The position numbers and the translations under genes are program-made. The notes under the pieces are model-generated. The model searched no databases. It was not told the DNA's origin and saw only the letters and a program-made list of their open reading frames with translations. Positions 49,935 through 63,180 of a DNA stretch of 64,000 nucleotides are shown here, piece after piece (position 1 is the first letter of the stretch; each line of letters begins with the position of its first letter). The stretch comes from Mobula hypostoma (Eukaryota): contig NC_086107.1 in assembly GCF_963921235.1 (NCBI RefSeq), forward strand, positions 93,870,001 through 93,934,000, in the 5' to 3' direction.

Positions 49935-52720
49935 ATTGAAAATGTGGCTAACAAAAGAACATTGTCATGGTGTCAAAAGATCAGGCAGGTAGGCAGAGGG
50001 GTGGCTCTGTTGGTTAAAAAAAGAAATTAAATCCTTAGAAGAGGTGAAGGAGGATTGAAAGATATAGAATTCTTGTGGGCAGAGTTAAGAAACTGCCAGG
50101 GTAAAAAGACACCGATGGAATAATATTCAGGCCTCCAAACAGTAGCCAGGATGTGAGGTACAAATTAAAACAGGAGATGGAAAAGGTATGTGAAAAGGGC
50201 AACAGTCATGAGGGATTTTAATATACACTAGATTGGGAAAATCAGGTTGGTGCTTGATCGCAGGGGAAGGAATGTATAGAATGCCTATGAAATGGCTTAT
50301 TAGAGCAGCGTGTGGTTGAGCCCAGTAGGGAAACGGCAATTCTGGATTGGGTGCCATGTACAGAAACACATTTTATTTGGGAACTTAAGATAAAGGAACC
50401 TTTAGGAGACAGTGATCATAATATGATAGCATTTACCCTGTAGATTGAAAAGGAGAAGTTTAAGTCAGATGTATCAGTATTACAGTGGAGTAAAGGGAAT
50501 TACAGAAGTATGAGAGAGGAGCTGGTCAAAGTTGATGGGAAGGGAACACTGGCAGGGATGATGGCAGAGCAGCAATGGCTGGAGTTTCTGGGAGCAATTC
50601 GGAAGGCACAGGATAGATACAGCCCAAAAATGAAGAAGTATTCAAAAGGGAGGATGAGACAACCGTGGTTGACAAGGGAAGTCAGATAAGACAGCATAAA
50701 AGCAAAAGAGAGGACATATAATTTACAAAAATTAGTGGGAAGTTAGAAGATTGGAAAGCTCTAAAGAACCAACAGAAGGCAACTAAATAAGCCATGAGGG
50801 GGAAAGATGAAATACGAAGGTAAGCTAGCCAATAATACAAAAGAGGATACAAGAAGTTTTTTCAGATATACTATATAAAGTATAAGAGAGGTGCGAGTAG
50901 ATATTGGACAGCTGGGAAATGATGCTGGAGAGATAGTAATGCAGACAAAGAAATGGTTGTCAAACTTAATAAGTATTTTGCATCAGTCTTTGCTTTGGAA
51001 GACACTAGCAGTATGCCAGACGTTCTAGAGTGTCAGAGTGCCAGAGTGCAAAAGAGTGCAGTTGCTATCATTAAGGAGGAGGTGCTTTAAAAGCAGGAAA
51101 ATTGGAAATGTCACTCCACTCTTTAAGAATGGAGGGAAGCAGGAGAAAGGAAAATATAGGCCAGTCAGCCTGACCTCAGTGGTTGGGAAGATTTTGTAGT
51201 CCATTTTTAAGGATGAGGTTTCACAGTACTTGGAAGCACATAAAATAGGCCTAAGTTAGTATGAATTTCTTAAGGGAATTCTTGCCTGAGAGATCTGATA
51301 GAATTCTTTGAGGAAATAACAGGCAGGATAGACAAAGGGAAGTCAGTGGATGTTGTTTAATTGAATTTTCAGAAGGCCTTTGACAAGGTGCCGCACACGA
51401 GGCTGCTTAACAAGAGCCCATGGTATCACAGGGAAGATACCAGCATGGATAGAAGATTCACTGACTGGCAGAAGGCAACGAGTAGAAACAAAGTGGGCCT
51501 TTCCTGGTTGGCTGCAGGCGAATAGCAGTGTTCCACAGGAGTCTGTGTGTGGACCGCTTCTATTCACGTTATATTTAAATGTGTTGTATGACACAATTAA
51601 TGGCTTTGTGGCTAAGTTTGCGGATAATACGATAAGTAGAGAGGTAGGTGGTGTTGAGGAAGCAGGGGGTCTGCAGATGGATTTAGACAGATTGGGAGAA
51701 TGGATGAAGAAGTGGCAGATGGAATTGAGTCAGGAAGTGTATGGTTGTGCACTTGGGTAGAAGGAACCAAAAGCGTAGAAAATTCAAAAATCAGAGATAC
51801 AAGGGGCTTAGCAGCCCCCGTGCAAGATTCCCTAAAAGTTAACTTACAAGTTGGTCCAGTGGTAAGGAAGGTAGATGCAATGTTAGCATTCCTTTTGAGG
51901 GGACTCGAATATAAAAGCACTGATGTAATGCTGATGGTTTATAAAACATTGGTCAGACTGCACTTGGGAGTATCGTGAGCAGTTCTGGGCCCCTCATCTA
52001 AGAAAAGATGCACTGGATTGGAGATCACCCAAATTAACGAGAGTTATTCTGGGAGTTATTCTCCTTCAACTTGTAGACTTTAGCAATTCAACAGCATAGC
52101 CAAATGATTTAGAAGAATGAGAGAGATCTCATTGAAACCATTGAATATTGAAAAGCCTGGATAGAATGCATGTTGAGAGGATGTTTCCTATAGTCAGGGG
52201 AGTCTAGGACTAGAAGGCACAGCCTCAGAATAAAAGGACATCCCTTTAGAATAGAGATGAGGAGGAATTTCTTTAGCTAGAGGGTGGTGAATGAGTGTTT
52301 GATGGTTCTGGGCCTGCACCTTGGCAAGTTTAGAAGGAGGAGGACATAAATCATTGAAATCTACCAAACATTGAAAGGCGAAATAGAGTGGAATTGGAGA
52401 GGATGTTTCCAATAGTGGGAGAGTCTTGGACCAGGGGTCACAGTCTTGGAATAGAAGGATGTCCCTTTAGAATAGGGATGAGGAGGAATTCCTTAGCTAG
52501 AGGGTGGTGTATCTGTGGAATTCATTGCCACAGAGCCAAGTCATTTGGGTATATTTAAAGCAGAGGCTGATAGGTTCTTGATTAGTAAGGGTGTCAAAGG
52601 TTACAGGGAGAAAGTAGGAGAATGAGATTGAGAGGGAAAGTAAATCAGTCATGATGCAATCAGTTATGGTGGAGTAGACTCAGTGGGCCAATTCACCTAA
52701 TTCTATTACTATGTCTTATA
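49935..52720 (+). mobile_element. Long decayed CR1 LINE ORF2 (EN-RT-3' tail), with a duplicated 3' segment
   Basis: LGDSDHNMI.F, YRPVSLTSVVGK, QKAFDKVPH, VPQESVCGPLLFTLY, VAKFAD. The 3' segment is repeated at about 52110-52290 and 52330-52510. Confidence 0.85.
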
Positions 52721-55320
52721 GTCAAATAGTTTTTAAAATTCAATGAAGGTTTCTGTATCTATCACCCTGAGCTTTAAACCCAAACACCAGACCAAGGTTT
52801 TGTCTTTTTCAGCTATGTATTGCTTCAAGTAATTATTTTAAATCTATGTCCCTTGTCTATAGATGGTTTTGCTAAGGAAAATGTCCTTGCCATCTACTCT
52901 AAGTCCCTTAATAAATGTTATATACCTCAATTAAATATTCCTTTAGCTTCCTCCAAACCAAAAGCTAAGAAACAATCTAATTACCCGATCTTCTTTGTTG
53001 CTAAGGCTCTTCAAACCAGGCAACATCAATAAGTTTCATATTTCCTGTAATGAAGCAATCAATCAGCGCACTGAATCCAGTGAAATCCTATCAGTCCCAT
53101 TCCACCAACTATTCCTGACACTTTATCCCCTCTGGGATTAACATAGGATTAGCATAAATGGGTTATATATAGTTAGCAAATACTTGGTGGGCCGAAGGAC
53201 TTATTTCTATTCTCTCTATACAGGTACTACTTCATTAGGAGTTTGAGGAAATTTGGTATGTTGCCACAGACTCTTGCAAATTTCGAAGGTGGAGAGTATT
53301 GTGACTGGTTGCATCACCGCCTAGTATGGAACCTCCAATCCACAGCATCACAAGCTGCTGCAGAGGGTAATAAACTCAACCAGTTCCATCACCAACACAA
53401 CCCTCCCCAATACTGAGGATAGCTCCGTTGAGGATCCAAAGGCAATGCTTCAGGAAGGCAGCAACTATCATTAAGGACCTTCACCATCCCGGACAGGACT
53501 TCGTCTCATCACCACCATTTGGTAGGACATACAGCTAACTGAAGACCCACACTCAACATTTTAGGAAGTTTCTTCCCCTCCACCATCATATTTCTGAATG
53601 GTCCGTGAACATTACTTTGATATTCCTTTGATATTTGTAACTGAAAGTAATTTTTACATCTTACGCTGTAATACTGCTGCAAGATAACAAATTTCACGAC
53701 AAGGTGACTGGACAAAAGTATAAGAAAGATGCCAGAGGTAAAGTTATTACACAGAGAGTGATGGGTGTTAGGAACACCTTGCCAGAAGTTATGGTAGAGA
53801 CAGGTACATTAGGGGCATTTAAGAAACTTGTAGATAGGAACATGGGTGATAAAATAATGGAAGGCTATATAGGAAGGAAGGTTTAGGTTAGAGTAGGTTA
53901 AAAGGTGGAACTATATTGTGGGTCTAAGGGCCTGAACAGTGCTGCAGATTACTATGTTCTATACATCAGTGATAATATATCTGATTCTGATCCTAACTAC
54001 CCCAATTCTCCAATCTAAATGGTCTTAGGAGAGACATTTAATGTACCAGCATGTCTTGGGGTGTGAAAGGAAATCTGAGCATCTCGGGAAACTCATGGGG
54101 TAAACCCCAGACAGCAGCCCAAGTGAAAACTGAAACCAGGCTGCTGGAACTGTATAAATTAACTTATCTGCTGTGGCATTATGCTCTCTCTATATTCTTC
54201 CTAGGACTAATACTTGGGAAAAAATTCCAAATGGAGTTTAAACTTGGGGGTATCAACCTCATTTACACGCATTCCTCAGTCCAATTCATCGACGCTTAGC
54301 ATGGGTGACACAGTTGCAAAGCAGGTAGCGTAACGCTTTATAGCACTAGCTGCAAGATCGGGGCTGAATTTCCCCCAACTGCCTGTAAGCACAAAGGGTT
54401 TCCTCTGGGTACTCTGCCTGTAAGTGAGTGCTTGGGTTTCCTCTGGGTACTCTGGTTTCCTCTCATCTTCAAAAGATGTACAGATTAAAGTTAGTGAGTT
54501 GTGGGCATGCTATGTAAGCATCAGAACCATGGCAACACTTGCGGGCTGCCCCAGGAACAATCCTCGGACCGTGCTGGTTGTTGGCACAAACAATGCATTT
54601 TACAGTTCATTTCTGTGTACATGTGACAAATGAAGCTAATCTTCCTTTTTACCTACTCACAGCCTCTCAATCAATTCTCTTTTCCAAGGATATCCAAAAT
54701 GCAACAGGAACAATTTGTATATTTTTCAGATTCACCCTATAACGTTTTATCTGTGTGATAAAGTTCAACTTGCTGATCACTCTTAACTTCCATATTTTCA
54801 ATTTTTAACCACCAGACAACTTATTTAGATACAGCCTGAACAGGCCCTTCTGACCCAATGAGCCACATTACCTAGCAACCAGTCATGGGACAACTTAAAA
54901 TGACCAATTAATCTACTAACCGGTATGTTTTTGGACTGTGGGATGAAACCGGAGCACTGGAAGGAAATTCACACATTCACCGGAAGAGCATACAAACTTT
55001 CTTAAAGCAGACACTGTAACAGTGTTGTGCTAACTGCTACACTACTGTGGTACCCTTAACTACCCACTGCCTCCCAATCAATTCTCTTTTCCAAGAACTT
55101 CAAAATTGCACCAGAAAGGATTTGCACTTGTTCCAAATTCACGCCATGACATTTAATCTGTGTGAGCAAGTTCAATTTGCTAACCCTGATCACTCTTAAC
55201 TTCCATATTATCAACTGTTAGTCATCAGACGACTGAAGAATTCACTTTTTCAAGCAATTGATTTGAATCGATACAAGGAAAATAAGCATAAAGAAGCAAC
55301 ACAAACAAAAGAATACTCAC

Positions 55321-55502
55321 GCAGACGCAGGAACGGGTTGCATGAGGTGTACAGTTGTGTTAAATAGTTCTAAATCCACATCTTCCACCTCCGCTCCATT
55401 GCAGGACCCGGGGACAGTTACTATGGAAACACCGATTATATTGCCAGACACATCTGTGTTAACAGTGATCACATCAGAGAGGTGAGACTCAACCAGAGAG
55501 CA
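55321..55502 (-). CDS. emc10: EMC10 (ER membrane protein complex subunit 10) internal coding exon, 182 nt, lumenal domain
   Basis: Minus strand reads tttctttctttag|TGCTCT...GCGTCTGC|gtgagt. It translates as [60 protein letters not shown](A), matching vertebrate EMC10 ([10 protein letters not shown]...[12 protein letters not shown]) with the NTT sequon. It ends in phase 2, compatible with the next exon. Confidence 0.97.
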
Positions 55503-56149
55503 CTAAAGAAAGAAAATTAAAATGAAGACAGAGCATAAGCAACTGTGTAGTGGAATAACAAAAGCATCATGAAATGGTTTGTACAGAACATAAACCTCTC
55601 ACAAAAGCACCTTACATGTGTCACCATGAGGCTGTATATTTGAAGTAAGACATTCAAAGACCACCTTGGGTCTTTTCAATACCATTTAATGCCCACTCTT
55701 CTTGCTTCCACCCTCACCATGGATTCACTACTCGAAGCTTTCGAAGCTTTTTGTTACCTCTAAAAACATGGCTGATCTCTGCAGAAATCTACACAGATGT
55801 CCTTAGTATCCACACAGTCACATTCTTAAGACAGCAATATCTATAGGAACCAGAAGCCTTGGCCTATTCTGTTTTATTTCCCATACATACAGTCGAGATT
55901 AACATACTACTGACCAGACACTGAAAGCTGAACCTCCTGGTGCATATGCCTTAGATCTATACCTACTACTATGTCATCAAAGACTCGAAAAATTTCTACA
56001 AATGTACAGTGGAGAGCATTCTGACTGGCTGCATCACCACCTGGCATGAAGGCCCCAATGTACTGGATCAGAAAATGCTGCAGAGGGTTGTAGACTCAAC
56101 CAGCTCCATCACAGGCCACTAGCCTCCCCACCATTGAGGACATCTTCAA

Positions 56150-56470
56150 TAGTAGTAGGTAGCCATTGATCCCAGGGGATCATGGGTTTGCGCCTCTGGT
56201 GGACTGTGTCCTCTCCAGGGCACAAGCCTGGGTGGGAAGATTTGAAGAACCGGCTATTGCCCATGCAGCAGGTTCCCCCTCTCCACGTCACTGACGAAGT
56301 CCAAGGGAAGGGCAAGCGCCGATACAGCTTGGCACCGGTGTTGTCGCAGAGGGTGCCAGAGTGAAGTTGTAAACAACATCAAACTGCCTTAGGGACCCCG
56401 GCTCTGGATTTCTTCTTTGAGGTTTACTCCCAAAGCCTTTCCCACGGGTGGGCATGGCCGCAAGGCAGCG
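56150..56470 (-). mobile_element. RTE-derived bipartite short element inserted in a Rex/Babar fragment
   Basis: CpG-retaining sequence resembling RTE 5'UTRs (gccgatacagcttggcacc...aactgccttagggac...ggtttactccc...gccgcaaggcagcg on +), with a (CTA)n-type tail on the minus strand at about 56150-56160. Confidence 0.55.
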
Positions 56471-58483
56471 TCATCACCCAGGACAAGCCCTCTTCTCGTT
56501 ACTATCATTAGGGAGGAAGTACATGAGATTGAAGACCCACACTCAGTGTTTTGGGAGCAGCTTCTGTCTCTCTGTCATCAGATTTCTGAATACTACCTCA
56601 CTATTCCTCTTTTCTACATTACACTGTACTGATGCCACAAAATTTCACAAAGCATTTCAGGAATAATAAACCTGATTCTGATTTGGCCCTCTGAGTCCTA
56701 CACTGTCATCTGGATGAGCTAATTTTGCAGATATCTCCATAACAATCACTCCTGGGGATGGATGCTCCAGGTATCTCCAGGACTAACAAATAGTCAAACA
56801 CAAGGTCTATTTTTATCGGCTAAAATATTCCCGCCTTACCTTACGCAGTAAAGTAGCATAAAATGGCAGCCAGCAAACCAAAACAGAATCTAACTTGACT
56901 ATCAGTTAGTAGCTACAAGGAAACCTTGTGCATGCCATTTCAAATCAAAAAGAGCATTTTAAAAACACTATTAAATGTTCACGAGGATGATTTATAGTGC
57001 TCATGCAACCATAAAGGAGGAGTTAACAGGTCTCCTTACAGATTGTCTAAGGATGTGTCCCTGAAAATATTATGAGAGCCACTAATTAACAATGATGGAA
57101 TAAATTATAGTCCGATATGCTTGGTAGAAATATTAATGATATGTACTAGTTTACTTTCCTAGTTTTGTGATATTTGCACATGATGAAAGGCAGAACCACG
57201 CAGGAAATCTGAAGCCGAATCTTTGCAGAATCAGTGGAAAGAGCAGATGAGTTAATGATGCAAATCGTCACCCTTTGTTATGACGGTTTTGTTACGAGAG
57301 CACAAAGGTTATGAAGGCTTCACACTTAGCGTATTAATCTAATGAGTCTCCCACAGATGTTTTCAAGTCAGCTAAGTATATAAATCATTTTCTTTATGTG
57401 GTGTGCTGTTCCACAAGATGAGAAAGATAAAGAGAATAAATCACAGTCCTGTTCTTGCACTGTTTATAAGACATACTTAATTCCAAATATCAATTTTTAT
57501 CTAATTCTTAAAGTTTACTTTAAATTAGCAGGAACATTAAATAATGTGCATGTATTAAATAAACACTCAAAGTAAATTTATTATCAAAGTACATATATGT
57601 CATCATATACTACCTTGAGATTCACTTACTTGCATCCATTTACAGGAAAATAAAGAAATTCAAGAGAATTTACCAAAAACTACACATAAACAAAGACTGA
57701 CAAATAACTAATTTTCAAAAGACAAATTCTGCAAATAAATAAAAAAGATAGAGAATGCAAGTAATTAAGAGTCCTTGAAAGTGAGTCTGTAGTCCAGCAT
57801 TGAAGTGAGTGAAGTTATCCACACTGGTTCAGGAGCCTGACGAATTTAGGGTAATATCTGGTGACATGGGCACTAAGGCTTCTGATGGTAATTGTGAGAA
57901 GGGAGCATGCTGGAAGTATTGATGATGGACGCTGCTTTCTTGTGACAGACTGTGTAAAGAGGATTTCTTCTATCATTCAACACATATTGTAACTGATGAA
58001 TATTAATGCAATAAAAGTCAGATGCTGGGCTTTCGAGTACCATTTCCATGGCTTTTGAAGAACACCACAGAAACCACATATGGTTCACTCAGCTATCTGA
58101 TGTCAGTTAAAATGAGGACATCTAATCATGACAGTCAAGAGCTTTACAGTTCCTCACTGCCCACAAACCAGAACTTCAGCCACTTGGCCAAAGTGCAAGC
58201 CTCAAGTGTAAATTGCTTTAAAGGTTCAGTCGAAACCTTATCTTGCATACAGATCAATTTATTACACCGTGCACTGAGAGCTTCAGCAATGGCAAGAGGC
58301 TCATCAGGCCCAACAAGCCCACACCACCCAATTACACCTATGTGACAATTACCCTACTAACTCACTGGTTTTTGGAACCCAGGTGATCTTAAATTCCCAC
58401 CGCTGTCTGTACAGAGATCAGTGGCAATTTAACCCAGGCTGCTGATGCTGTTATAGTGTTATGCTAAACACTGCGCTACTACT

Positions 58484-59522
58484 TCCTTTCTTTTCAAATC
58501 TTTTCATTGTATATATAGGAAAAATAACATGAGTACATCGAAGTAACAACACTTACAATGCCTCATAAAAAACCCACCATCTTAAAGATTGAAAACAAAA
58601 TTTTGTGATTAACAAAAAAACCTACTGAGCAGAAAAGTGAGAAAAAAAAAGAGAACCCATTAGGTGTACAACCCCGGAGCCATGCGTCATACAAAAAGCT
58701 TCTAAAAATAAACATCAAACCGCCAGCAAGAAAAGAAAATATACTAAAAAATTTACAATTAGATCGTGGAAAAATTATATCAATTAACTCAAATGATAAT
58801 AACAAGCAAATGAGCCCCATCTTTTCTCAAAATCAAATATAGGTTCAAAGGTTCGACTTCTAATTTTCTCCAAACTAAGACATAGCATCACTTGAGAGAA
58901 CCATTGTGACAAAGTGGGAGCTGATATATCCTTCCACTTCAACAAAATGACCCCCCTAGCTATCAATGTAACAAATGCAATAACATGTTGGCCAGACACA
59001 GAAATACCATGAATATTTTGAGGAACTATTCCAAAAAGCACAGTTAATTTACTAGGTTGTAAATTAATTTTAAGTGCTTTAGAAATTGTTAAGAAAACCG
59101 ACTTCCAGAACTGTTCCAATACAGAACAAGACCAAAACATATGTGTCAGTGTAGCTATCTCAGTTTTACATCTATCATAATGACTATCAACATTAGGAAA
59201 GATTTTAGAAAGTCTCTCCTTTTTCAAATGATAACGATGTACAATTTTAAATTGAATCACTGAATAGCTAGCACAAATTGAAGAAGAGTTAACCAACTTC
59301 AAAATCCGCATCCAATCCTCCGTCATAAAAGTCAAATTAAGTTCCTTTTCCCAATCTTGTTTAATCTTAGACAAAGGATGTTTATCCCATTGTAATAGTA
59401 AATTATAAATTCTTCCAATAAAACCCCTAATCAAAGGATTCATACTCGTAATAGTATCTAACAGGTCAGCCTCCGATATGTAAGGGAAATTGCTTAAATA
59501 TTTTTATAAAAAATATTGTAAA
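58484..59522 (-). mobile_element. 5'-truncated L1 (second family) with 18-bp TSD
   Basis: TSD AAACACTGCGCTACTACT at 58466-58483 and 59523-59540. ORF 58784-59443 is the ORF2 C-terminus (VIQFKIVHR...ATLTHMFWSCS...LSLEKIR). Confidence 0.92.
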
Positions 59523-61009
59523 AAACACTGCGCTACTACTAATAACAGAATGCAGAAAAAAGTGTTAATTACAGAGAAAGTGTACTGAAGGTAAACAATA
59601 AGGTGCAAAGTCATCTTATCCAACCACCTTGGACATTCCATCCAAGCCCAGAGTTCACAAACATAAGTGCTTATTTTCCTGTAAATGCCTGCAAGAAAAT
59701 GAATCTCAAGATAGTATGTGGCGATATATACATACTTTGATAATATATTTACTTTCGACTTCTGAACTTCAATCCTGCGCTTCACCTTGCTTTCCTGACT
59801 TTACCCCAGATCTCTAGATATTTAAAAATCTATTAAGCATAATCTAAGACACCATACGTCAAAATGTCAGCACTGCAGAAAAAGAACAATGGCAGCGGAC
59901 CAATTACGGAACTGATTCCAAGATGCGAGTTAGACCAGGGACAGATTTTCTGAAGAAATGAAAAGACCAGCAACCTGATCTTTGACAGAGAAGGTGACCA
60001 CATCAGAAAAAGGTGATGGCATCCAGTAAGGACTGCAAGGACAGCTCCAATATCTGGATTCAATATGTAGTCCAACGTCTTCACTACTAATATGGCAGTC
60101 TGGAAATGATATATAGTAAGAAAATACAAGATGCAGTCTGTGAAACATGTGGTAAGCTAAATATATCTGGATGGTAAACAGAATTGTAATTACATCACCC
60201 TAGAGGGGCAAGGGAGACATGCTGCTCTAATCAAATAACATCTTTGGAGACTATGTCCCCTATATATCAGATTTCAGAAACAATTCATCTCTCATTGCAT
60301 CACTAGAGCTCACGTATGCTCCAAGCCAGAGCCAAAGAACATGGAAACAAGCCATTTGGCCCACCACATCTATGCTGACCAGTAGGTAAGCAACTATAAT
60401 AATCACATCGCCTTTGCACTTGACGTGCAGACTTCTATAGTGGCACACACAAAATGTTGGAGGAACTCAGCAGCTCAGGCAACATCAACAGAGAGGAATA
60501 AACAGTCGACATATCAGGCCGAGATCTTTTTCACACGGTGCATGTGGCAAGGTATACAAACAATAACAGATTACATGTTTACCTTACACATCAATGACAG
60601 CGAGACCTTCCTTCCTGAAAGACTGAACGCCTTCTGCGTATGATTTGACACAATGAATGATGTTCAAACTTAATTATCATTCAACCCTAGATCAATAACC
60701 ATGAAAACAGCCAAACAAAACAGCGTTCTTCCAGGCCATCAAGGAAAGCAGCCCCTCACCCCACAACGAACAGGCACCCTGTCTGGCTGCAGCTAAGGTG
60801 AAGCTGATTCTAGCCACACAAAGCTGCAGGGCCAGACAATATATCCATACGGGTGCTGAAGGATCGTGCAGCCAAGCAAACAGTGGTCTCAACAGTCCTC
60901 TTTAACATATCTTTGCAACAAGTCCACTGTCCCTGTAGGCTTCAAGGCAGGCACCATCATTCTAGTGCCCAAAGGAACCATGGTAACTGGCCTAAACGAT
61001 TACAACCTA

Positions 61010-62050
61010 AAACACACAAAATGCTGGAAGAAATCAGCAGATCAGGCAGCAACTATGGAAATGAATAAACAGACAATGTTTTGGGCTGAGACCTTCATCA
61101 GGACTGGAAAGAAGGGGGAAGATGTCAGAATAGGAAGGTGGGGGGAGGGGAAGGGGTCAAGCTAGAAGGTGATAGGTGAGGTCAGGTGGGTAGGGGAGGG
61201 GAGATGAACTAAGAAGCTGGGAGGTGACAGGTGGAAAAAGCAAAGAGCTGAAGAAGGAATCTGATAGGAAAGGAGAGTAGAGCATGGGAAAAAGGGAAGG
61301 AGGAGGAGCACCGGCGGAGGTGATAGGCAGTTGGGACCTGAATGGGAATGGAAAAACAGAAAAGGAGGCAATTCAAAGCAACTTTATTATCAAAGAATAT
61401 ATATATGTCACCATATACAACCCCAAGATTTATTTACTTGCGGGCATACACAGTAAATGGAAGAGACAATAGAATCAATGAAAGACTGCACCCAACAGGA
61501 TGGACGAACATAATGTGCAAAAGACAACACTGTGCAAATACAGTGAAAAATAGAGAAAAAGGAAAAAAAAAGATAGCTAAGTGAGCATAAACATCGAGAA
61601 CATGAGATGAAGAATCCTTGAAAGAGAGATCATAGGTAATGGAAACAGCTCAGTGATGGGGCAAGTGAAGTTATCCCCTTTGGTTCAAGAACTTGACTGT
61701 TGAGGGGTAATAACTATTCCTGAACCTGGTGGTATGAGTCCTGAGGCTCCTGTACCTTCCTGATGGCAGCAACGAGAAGAGAGCATAATCTGGGTGTTGG
61801 GGGTTCTTGATAATGGATGCTGATATCCTGTGATAACACTCAGTGTAGATGTGCTCAATGGTGGAGAAGGAGAATGGTGGGGCTGGAGGGGGGATAAATT
61901 TCCGGAACTTAGACAAATCCATGTTCATTCCATTAGGTTAGAGGCTACCCAGATGGAATATGAGGAGTTGCTCTTCCAACCTGAGTTTGACCTCATCATG
62001 GCAATAGAGGGGTCCACGGACAGACAAGTCAGAAAGGAAATAGGAATATA
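61010..62050 (-). mobile_element. Penelope 3' fragment (GIY-YIG end plus pseudo-LTR), split by a Rex-type insertion
   Basis: Reverse-complement homologue of 62370-63180, with the hammerhead-like motif at 61070-61106. A similar pseudo-LTR lies at about 16590-16890(-). Confidence 0.7.
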
Positions 62051-62369
62051 GCCTTCTATACCTAAGTGATTCAAGGGCTCGTCTGAACATTTCTTAACTG
62101 CTGTCAATGGCTCTGCTACCACCAGTGTCTGATAATGTGTTCCAGATACTCATCTGTCTCTGGTGAAGGTTTGCCCCCTTATATCCACTCTGTATCACTT
62201 CCCCCTTTCCCTGAATCCCCTTAACTCTCTCTGATATAAAGGAAGGTTTACTGCAGTCTACTTATCTATAGTCTTCAATCATGTCCCCTCTTAACCTCCT
62301 CCGCTCCAGGGAAAGCAGACATAACATCTACAGTCTCTCCTCAGAACTGAAACCCCAGCAGACCACCTC

Positions 62370-63180
62370 TGTAAACTTGCAAGTGGAACAAGTGCTACAA
62401 CTGTCCCTACACCTGCTCCCTCACTACCATTCAGGGCCTCAAACAGTCCTTCCAGATGAGGCGACACTTCACCTGAGCGTCTGTTGGGGTCATTAATTGC
62501 ATCCGGTGCTTCCAATGTGGTCTCCTTTATATCAGTTAGACCCAACGTAGATTGGGAGATTACTACACCGAACACTTATGCTCCATCCGCCAGATAAAGC
62601 AGGATCTCCCAGTGGCCACCCATTTTAATTCCACTTCCCATTCCCATTCTGACTATGTCAATCCATGGTCTCCTCTACTGTTGCAGTGAGGCCACACTCA
62701 GGTTGAAGGAGCAACCCCTTACATTCTGTCTGGGTTGCCTCCAGCTTGATGGCATGAACATTGATTTCTCAAGCTTCCAGTAATGACCACCCCTTCCCAC
62801 CACCCCCCCTCTCCATTCCCCATCCCCTTCTCCCTCTCCTACCTCATCTCCTTGTTTATACTCTCTGGTGCTCCTCCCCCTTTTCTTGCCTGCTCTCCTA
62901 TTAGGTTCCCCCTTCTCCAGCCCTGTATCTCTTTCACCAACCTACTTCCCAGTTCTTTACTTCAGCCCTCCCCCATCTCGGCTTCACCCATCACGTGTTT
63001 CTTCCTCCCCTCCCCCCAGCTCCTACTCTGACTCATCTTTTTTCCTCCAGTCCTGAGGAAGGGTCTGGACCGGAAATGTCGACTGTACTCCTCTCCATAG
63101 ATGCTGCCTGGTCTGCTGAGTTCCTCCAGCATTTTGTGTGTGCTGCTTGGATTTCCAGCATCTGCAGATTTTCTCTTATC
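62370..63180 (+). mobile_element. Penelope-like retroelement 3' fragment: decayed GIY-YIG endonuclease plus pseudo-LTR
   Basis: CKWNKCYNCPY...RHFT*ASVGVINCIRCFQCGLLYIS*TQRRLGDYYTEHL...LPVATHFNS..H...RLKEQ...LG.LQ.DGMNIDFS, followed by a pyrimidine-rich pseudo-LTR. Confidence 0.85.
63048..63085 (+). ncRNA. Minimal type I hammerhead ribozyme motif in the Penelope pseudo-LTR
   Basis: CAGTC-CTGAGGA-AGGGTCTGGACCG-GAAA-TGTC-GACTG: stem I CAGTC/GACTG, CUGANGA and GAAA cores, GUC triplet, vestigial stem III. Activity is untested. Confidence 0.6.
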
